Below, in pieces: positions 58,691 to 64,000 of a DNA stretch of 64,000 nt (position 1 is the first letter of the stretch; every line of letters starts with the position of its first letter). The notes beneath the pieces were generated by a model. It did not search any database, was not told the DNA's origin, and worked only from the letters and a program-made list of their open reading frames with translations. Source of the stretch: Nitrososphaeria archaeon (lineage in GTDB: Archaea; Thermoproteota; Nitrososphaeria; JACIWG01); assembly GCA_050011875.1 (NCBI GenBank), contig JBEKIG010000006.1:43586-107585 (forward strand), given 5' to 3'. Both the position numbers and the translations under genes were made by a program.

Positions 58691-58754
58691 TGAGGTAGCC
58701 TAGATCGCTGTAGCAGGCAGTTCAAAGATCTCAACTGACACCGTATTGAAAGCT

Positions 58755-58859
58755 ATGGTCACAAATTCTGTTTTTACAATTGAGGCAGTCCAGCTGATGA
58801 AGAAGTACGGCTCATTCACCGCGCTAGACAATTTGAGTCTCAAGATCGAAGGAGCAAAA
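58755..58859 (+). pseudogene. 5' stub of an ABC ATPase gene
   Basis: IEAVQLMKKYGSFTALDNLSLKIEGAK; homology breaks off just before the Walker A motif. Confidence 0.6.
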
Positions 58860-58906
58860 TATGCAATGCGGTTAGTATGGATACAATGGTCTCTACAAGT
58901 ACTAGC

Positions 58907-59650
58907 CTATTTGACAGTTAAGTGTGTGGCTCCACCGGGAATAAATTTTAGCTTAGGATGTATGTATGCGTTCAAATTCTTTTTTGACGGATTTTCTGCG
59001 TACATAAACCATATGTAAGAAATTGGAAACGGTGGAGGTGCAACATTCGGGTGATAGCATTCCTTCGCTAAAAAAGCGTCATAATCTCCGATCATATGGA
59101 CTTTCTGCTCTTTATCGGTCCACTCGAGCTGCAATCCAAATCCATCTCCCAATCCGTAGTATACATAAACTTCCGGTTTGTCGTCGTGTCTGTGGGGAGG
59201 ATAACCGGTCCAATTCCCTGGTTCGGCCTCAGTTAAACCCACAATGAGACTTTCCAGCGGAGACTCAGGTCCAAAAAGAACGCGTACATTCCTCCTATAG
59301 TGATCACCGCCAGTAATTATACCTTGGACCTTTCCAGGTTCCACTTTTGTGACAAGTCTTCTACTTGTCGTGTTTCCTTTACATATGGTAAGTATCGAAT
59401 TTTCTGTCACCATAATTTTTACTGAATCAACCCCTTGTATAGCAGCACAATCCTTTTCGGCTAATGATAGCTTCTCAGATTCCCCAAGTAGAATTTCTGC
59501 CCCACCCTTTAGAGGGCAAACTACTGTCTCATGTTTATTCAATTCTTCATCATATTTGAGTTTATCAACTGCTGTGATGACACTGACATTAAATTGGCCA
59601 TCAAGAACATCTGTTCTGTTGTTTCGCCATCCTAACCATTTAAAGATCAT
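58907..59650 (-). CDS. iolB: 5-deoxy-glucuronate isomerase (IolB/KduI cupin family)
   Basis: GNWTGYPPHRHDDKPEVYVY, GFGLQ and YHPNVA. Confidence 0.8.
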   Translation of the reverse strand: MIFKWLGWRNNRTDVLDGQFNVSVITAVDKLKYDEELNKHETVVCPLKGGAEILLGESEKLSLAEKDCAAIQGVDSVKIMVTENSILTICKGNTTSRRLVTKVEPGKVQGIITGGDHYRRNVRVLFGPESPLESLIVGLTEAEPGNWTGYPPHRHDDKPEVYVYYGLGDGFGLQLEWTDKEQKVHMIGDYDAFLAKECYHPNVAPPPFPISYIWFMYAENPSKKNLNAYIHPKLKFIPGGATHLTVK

Positions 59651-59788
59651 ATGAGAAATTTCGATTAAAGTAGTATATATGGTTTATTGGATTACTGCCT
59701 GAAGACAAAGGAAAGGACACATGCGTGAGCAAAAAATAAATCAGAAGTTTGTAATCGATGTCAAAAATTTTGTGATGAGCAGAGTACT

Positions 59789-59854
59789 TTGATAAATGCG
59801 GGGAATCTCACAAGAAAGTTCGGTGACATTACTGCAGTCGAGAGATGTAGCTAA
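59789..59854 (+). pseudogene. 5' stub of an ABC ATPase gene
   Basis: LINAGNLTRKFGDITAVE followed by an early stop; similar to the N-terminus of 61509-62429 (IETENLTKKFGDLTAVD). Confidence 0.55.
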
Positions 59855-60144
59855 AAACTCCCTGCATAATAAGTAATTTCTGCACAAAAATACCATATTT
59901 TTTAAAATAATATTTCTTATTTATTAATATTAGGCCCAAGTTGTGAATAGTGAGTAAACGATTGTGTATGTTCTATGTGCTTGAGAAGAACTTGAGCAGT
60001 CTTCATACCAATAACATCTCGATATACAGAACTTTATAATAAATTTGTTTTTCCAGTTGATAGGTGAATAAGAGAGAGAAAGATATTAAAAATATATATA
60101 ATCGGCTTATGAGTTTTACATTCGCTACTAGGGCGATTTGAAAG

Positions 60145-60681
60145 TTGAAGAAGGCGATCATCATCTACTGGTCGAAAACTGGAAACACCGAGAAAGTAGC
60201 GTTCAAAATCAAAGAAGGGCTGGAAGACGCCGGAGTCGACGTCTCCGTGAAGAAGACAGAGGACGCAGGCGATATCGACTACTTCGACTACGACCTCGTA
60301 TGCATAGGCTTCCCATCCTACAACTGGCATCCCCCCAAACCTGTAACAGACCTGCTTAGTAGCAACCTCAACAAGCACCGAAAGGAGGGAAAGGTCAAAC
60401 TGAACGCACCAAAAATACCTAGTAAAAACGCATTGATCTTCTGCACCTACTCAGGACCTCATACAGGAATCAACGAAGCCATACCGGCTGGGAAGTACGC
60501 TGGACAGTTCTTCGAGCACATCGGGTTCACCTTACTCGACGAGTGGTACATCCTCAGCGAGTTCCACGGATGGGAAGATAGAAGCACGGAGGGAAGAATG
60601 GGCGACATAAGGGGAAAACCAACTGAGGATGATCTGAGAAAAGTAAAGGAAGACGCGAAGAAGCTGGGTCTAAAAATTTAA
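60145..60681 (+). CDS. Flavodoxin-domain protein
   Basis: YWSKTGNTEKVA, CIGFPSY and FCTYSGPHTG. Confidence 0.85.
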   Translation: MKKAIIIYWSKTGNTEKVAFKIKEGLEDAGVDVSVKKTEDAGDIDYFDYDLVCIGFPSYNWHPPKPVTDLLSSNLNKHRKEGKVKLNAPKIPSKNALIFCTYSGPHTGINEAIPAGKYAGQFFEHIGFTLLDEWYILSEFHGWEDRSTEGRMGDIRGKPTEDDLRKVKEDAKKLGLKI

Positions 60682-61021
60682 TGTTTCTCTCTCAAACTTG
60701 CTGGTTTTGCATGAAAATATATTAATGAAAATTTTTTAGGTTCTTACTGTAAGGCTTCCCAACAATAATCGACACGGTTTACTCATAATTTAGAAACATT
60801 TATGAAACTTTCGAACGTTACGCGTGCTCATCCTCCATTTTGTGATATACTGATATGTGAGGATGAATAAGAGAGAATAAGAATAATAGAAAATAAGAAG
60901 ATACAAATGAAAGTGAAAGTAGGTGGATTTGGGGATTAAAACTTAAAACTGGGACAATGGTTCTTCCATGTGACACCTTAGCCATAAATTTAGCTAAACG
61001 TTACCTTCTACTTGGAAAAAA

Positions 61022-61088
61022 TCAATTTGGATTAGTGATTTTAGTCAATGCTTTAACTGTCTTTTCTCTTTGATCGTAAGCTTGATCT
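61022..61088 (-). repeat. 67-bp imperfect repeat (gene 3'-end remnant), copy B
   Basis: The minus strand reads DQAYDQREKTVKALTKITNPN*, matching 48040-48106. Confidence 0.75.
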
Positions 61089-61132
61089 AAATGCTATTGC
61101 CCAAATGAACAAATCCATATATCTTTACCCGA

Positions 61133-61190
61133 AAGCGCCGGGATTTGAACCGAGGTTCTCCCTTGCCTGTGGAACGTGACTTACCACTTC
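61133..61190 (-). pseudogene. Degenerate tRNA-like sequence
   Basis: The minus strand agtggtaagtcacgttccacaggcaagggagaacctcggttcaaatcccggcg has a D-loop-like AGTGGTA, a weak anticodon arm (GGC) and a GGTTCAAATCC T-loop, but no convincing acceptor stem. Confidence 0.35.
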
Positions 61191-61508
61191 CCTTAAAGTG
61201 GATGCTAGTCACTTTGATGCTAGGTCTTAACGTGAGAGACGCCCGAAAAAAGAGTTTTATTCCTGCAGGTTTAATCAAATCCTATTATCTTGACCTTTGA
61301 CTTTTTGATTAAGTCATTATAGATAAAAAAAGTTATTAATTCTATATAATGCTCTCATATTTAATAATGGGTTATGGATAATGGGAAGAGATTGGGATAA
61401 CTTCATGATTATGTATTCTAAATACGGCAGCGTATGCCAAATCACGTACCGGCTTCCAAGGTACTATCCATCGAGCCGCCGCCAGGGCTCAGGCAATGGT
61501 GAAACGTT

Positions 61509-62429
61509 ATGATCGAGACGGAGAACCTCACCAAGAAGTTCGGCGACCTGACCGCGGTCGATGGGGTGACCCTCCGCGTTGAGGAAGGGGAGGTCTTCGG
61601 CTTCCTCGGACCCAACGGAGCGGGCAAGACCACCACCGTCAGGATGCTCTGCTGCCTGATATCAAAGACCAGCGGAACGGCCAGGATAGCAAGTTACGAG
61701 GTAGGTAACGACGCAGATTCTTTGAAGATCAGGAAGATCATTGGACTGGTTCCTGACAACGTAGGCCTCTACGATGACCTGACCGCCTACGACAACTTGG
61801 ACTTTTACGGTAAGCTGTACAAATGTACAGAAGCACAAAGAAAAGAAAACATCGAACGCTTCCTCAAGATGTTGGGGCTTTGGGAGAAGAAGGATGTCGC
61901 GGCCGGAACATTTTCCAAAGGAATGAAGCAAAAACTTGCGATAGCACGTGCCCTCATTCATGATCCGGAAATATTGTTCTTGGACGAGCCGACAGTCAAC
62001 CTAGATCCAGAATCGTCAAAAACTGTCAGGGATTTCATTCTTGAGCTGAAAAGGGAGAAGAAGACCATCTTTCTGAACACACACAACCTCGATGAAGCGC
62101 AAAGAATCTGCGATAGGATTGGGATATTGAATACCAAGCTGATGGCAGTAGGCACTCCCGAAGAGCTTGAGGGGTCGGTTCGGGGTAGGAAGACCGTAAT
62201 TCAGCTGGAGCAGGTGAACGACGTGATCTTGAACGCGTTGAAGAAGCTGTCGATCGGGAAGATGACCAGTGATGACAACAAAATAACGATTGACGTGGTG
62301 AATCCTGAAAAGGAGAATCAGGACATTGTACGCGCAATTGTCGGGGCAGGGGGCAACGTTCAATCCGTTACTGTGCTTAGTTCAACGTTGGAAGATGCCT
62401 ATTTGAAGCTCGTGAGGGAGACAAAATGA
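61509..62429 (+). CDS. ABC transporter ATP-binding protein
   Basis: GPNGAGKTT, FSKGMKQK, LDEPT and NTHNLDEA. Confidence 0.93.
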   Translation: MIETENLTKKFGDLTAVDGVTLRVEEGEVFGFLGPNGAGKTTTVRMLCCLISKTSGTARIASYEVGNDADSLKIRKIIGLVPDNVGLYDDLTAYDNLDFYGKLYKCTEAQRKENIERFLKMLGLWEKKDVAAGTFSKGMKQKLAIARALIHDPEILFLDEPTVNLDPESSKTVRDFILELKREKKTIFLNTHNLDEAQRICDRIGILNTKLMAVGTPEELEGSVRGRKTVIQLEQVNDVILNALKKLSIGKMTSDDNKITIDVVNPEKENQDIVRAIVGAGGNVQSVTVLSSTLEDAYLKLVRETK

Positions 62430-63163
62430 ACCTAGAAAATTCGTGGATTATCGCAGCCAAGGACCTAAAGTCATTCATACGGAAGAGAACCGTCATCTAT
62501 ACGACAGTCCTCCTGCCTCTACTGCTCTCGATTCTTTTCCCATTGATAATCGAGATCACTGGAAGGAAAAGCGGGGGCATCCCAGCTGCGGCACTCCCGC
62601 AGCTACTGAACGCGTTCGCCTTCTTCTACGTCATCATCCCGGCGATTATTCCTACTCCAATCGCCTCCTATAGTATAGTCGGCGAGAAGGTTGAGAAGAG
62701 TCTGGAACCGCTTCTGGCGACTCCCACCACCGATGGAGAAATCCTGCTTGGAAAGAGCATCGCCGCATTCCTACCTGCCATCGTTGCTACCTACGCAGGC
62801 GCTACAATCTTCATGGCGCTCATGGATAGCATTACCTTCAGCAAGCTTGGCTACCTTTACTATCCTAATTGGGGTATTGGTCTTATCCTCCTTATTCTCG
62901 CCCCTCTTGCAGCGCTACTAAGCGTCGAGATGAGTGTGATCGCCTCCGCGAGGGTCAACGACGTACGTTCAGCATCGCAACTCGGGGGTCTCATGCTCCT
63001 CCCCTTCATGGGCATCTACCTCGCTGGCGAGATAGGCCTGATATCACTCGACACCACCAATCTTCTCATCATCGCCGCTGTTCTCGCAGCGCTTAATTTG
63101 ATTCTGTTCCGCATCAGCACGGCCACATTCCGCAGGGAGGAGATACTTACAAAGTGGAAGTAA
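62426..63163 (+). CDS. ABC-2 type transporter permease
   Basis: SIVGEKVEKSLEPLLATP, six TM segments and FRREEIL. ATGA overlap with the ATPase. Confidence 0.9.
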   Translation: MNLENSWIIAAKDLKSFIRKRTVIYTTVLLPLLLSILFPLIIEITGRKSGGIPAAALPQLLNAFAFFYVIIPAIIPTPIASYSIVGEKVEKSLEPLLATPTTDGEILLGKSIAAFLPAIVATYAGATIFMALMDSITFSKLGYLYYPNWGIGLILLILAPLAALLSVEMSVIASARVNDVRSASQLGGLMLLPFMGIYLAGEIGLISLDTTNLLIIAAVLAALNLILFRISTATFRREEILTKWK

Positions 63164-63170
63164 GCACATC

Positions 63171-63404
63171 TTGACTAAATACGGTACTTGGAGTTCCTAC
63201 GTGGGCACAGATGCAGCATTCTTGGCGGTCACGCTTCTTGCCATCGGAGTCTTGCTCACATATCTTGGGACGAGGTTGATTGGTGTTGTTGGAGTCAAGA
63301 GACCTGGGAAGACTGTCAGTATTTTCTTGATTCTGATCTGGGGTCTTTCTTTGGCGACGTTTCTTATTAACGCCGTAACTTATGCCCTACAGCTATACCA
63401 GTAG
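63171..63404 (+). CDS. Small membrane protein, possibly a truncated third gene of the ABC operon
   Basis: Two TM segments; starts 7 nt after the permease stop and ends abruptly. Confidence 0.5.
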   Translation: MTKYGTWSSYVGTDAAFLAVTLLAIGVLLTYLGTRLIGVVGVKRPGKTVSIFLILIWGLSLATFLINAVTYALQLYQ

Positions 63405-63481
63405 AATATGGTCTGTGCTGCACCCACAAACCCGATTAGTGTTAAGACCGAATTCCTCAAGTAGATCGGCTAAGATGCTTG

Positions 63482-64000
63482 CTACTGTCTCCTAGTTCTC
63501 GCTACTAACAGTATGCTCAGGACCGCTACGGCAAGGGCTAAAACGGCCACGATCATTACAAGAAGCGCGCTTCCTGTGAGGAGGCTGTTGGAGGATTCCG
63601 AGACCGAATCAGAGGTCGTTGGTCTAGGGTTCGAATAGGTTACCGTTGATGTAATCGTTGTCGGCAGGACTACCTGAGAGGACTGACCCTGCTGGCTTCC
63701 TTGAGATTGCTGATATACTGCGGCTGGGATTGAGCCAGATTCGGAGGCTGAAGTCATCCCGACTCCCATCCCTGCCGTTGCCGTTCCTTGGACTCCGTTT
63801 GTCATCACCCAGTAGTCAGACTGCTGTACACGCAGGCTTATCGATGCACCGGCCCCGGGTGGAACTATTACGGTTGAACCCGCCAATCCAACGGACATCG
63901 GCTGCCAGTATACGGTGACGTTCACCTTTTCACCGCCAACTACGACCTGAACCGACGACGGGCCGTTCGGCAGGTTCACGGGTAGCCAGCTCCAGGCGTA
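63482..64000 (-). CDS. C-terminal part of a cell-surface protein with Ser/Thr/Gln linker and C-terminal TM anchor (partial)
   Basis: The frame is open to the window edge; a low-complexity linker precedes the hydrophobic tail and RTRRQ. Confidence 0.75.
   Translation of the reverse strand, partial: YAWSWLPVNLPNGPSSVQVVVGGEKVNVTVYWQPMSVGLAGSTVIVPPGAGASISLRVQQSDYWVMTNGVQGTATAGMGVGMTSASESGSIPAAVYQQSQGSQQGQSSQVVLPTTITSTVTYSNPRPTTSDSVSESSNSLLTGSALLVMIVAVLALAVAVLSILLVARTRRQ

Noticed and set aside
1-64000. CRISPR array or cas genes
   Set aside because: No regularly spaced repeat-spacer series and no Cas motifs were seen; the longer repeats occur only as pairs.

Overview
Archaeal DNA, most likely TACK/Thermoproteota such as Bathyarchaeia-like lineages. 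The taxon is inferred from TATA boxes about 25-30 nt upstream of start codons, frequent TTG/GTG starts, a stand-alone Lrp ligand-binding domain and an MTH1675-like protein. The window is a gene-dense mosaic of small-molecule and sugar-acid metabolism, including a Tat-signal ferredoxin plus AOR-family oxidoreductase, tdh-kbl, an enolase-family enzyme, IolB, transporters and flavoproteins, with many gene stubs in between. Three loci stand out. (1) At 21.8-25.2 kb, a translationally coupled operon encodes a short SMC5/6-like ATPase with no recognisable hinge or zinc hook, a ScpA-type kleisin and an Nse1/Nse3-like KITE. (2) At 37.6-48.0 kb, a defence island starts at a tRNA-Leu-like 3' fragment and carries a P-loop ATPase with a degenerate HEPN-like segment, separated from a TIR domain by one in-frame TGA, followed by a complete type I R-M system. 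(3) At 32.5-35.0 kb, a divergent wHTH / ParB-HTH-DUF559-like / acidic-microprotein module has repeated operator-like motifs and looks derived from a mobile element. I saw no CRISPR array, rRNA, intact tRNA, integrase or transposase. All family calls come from reading motifs by eye; no database search was run.
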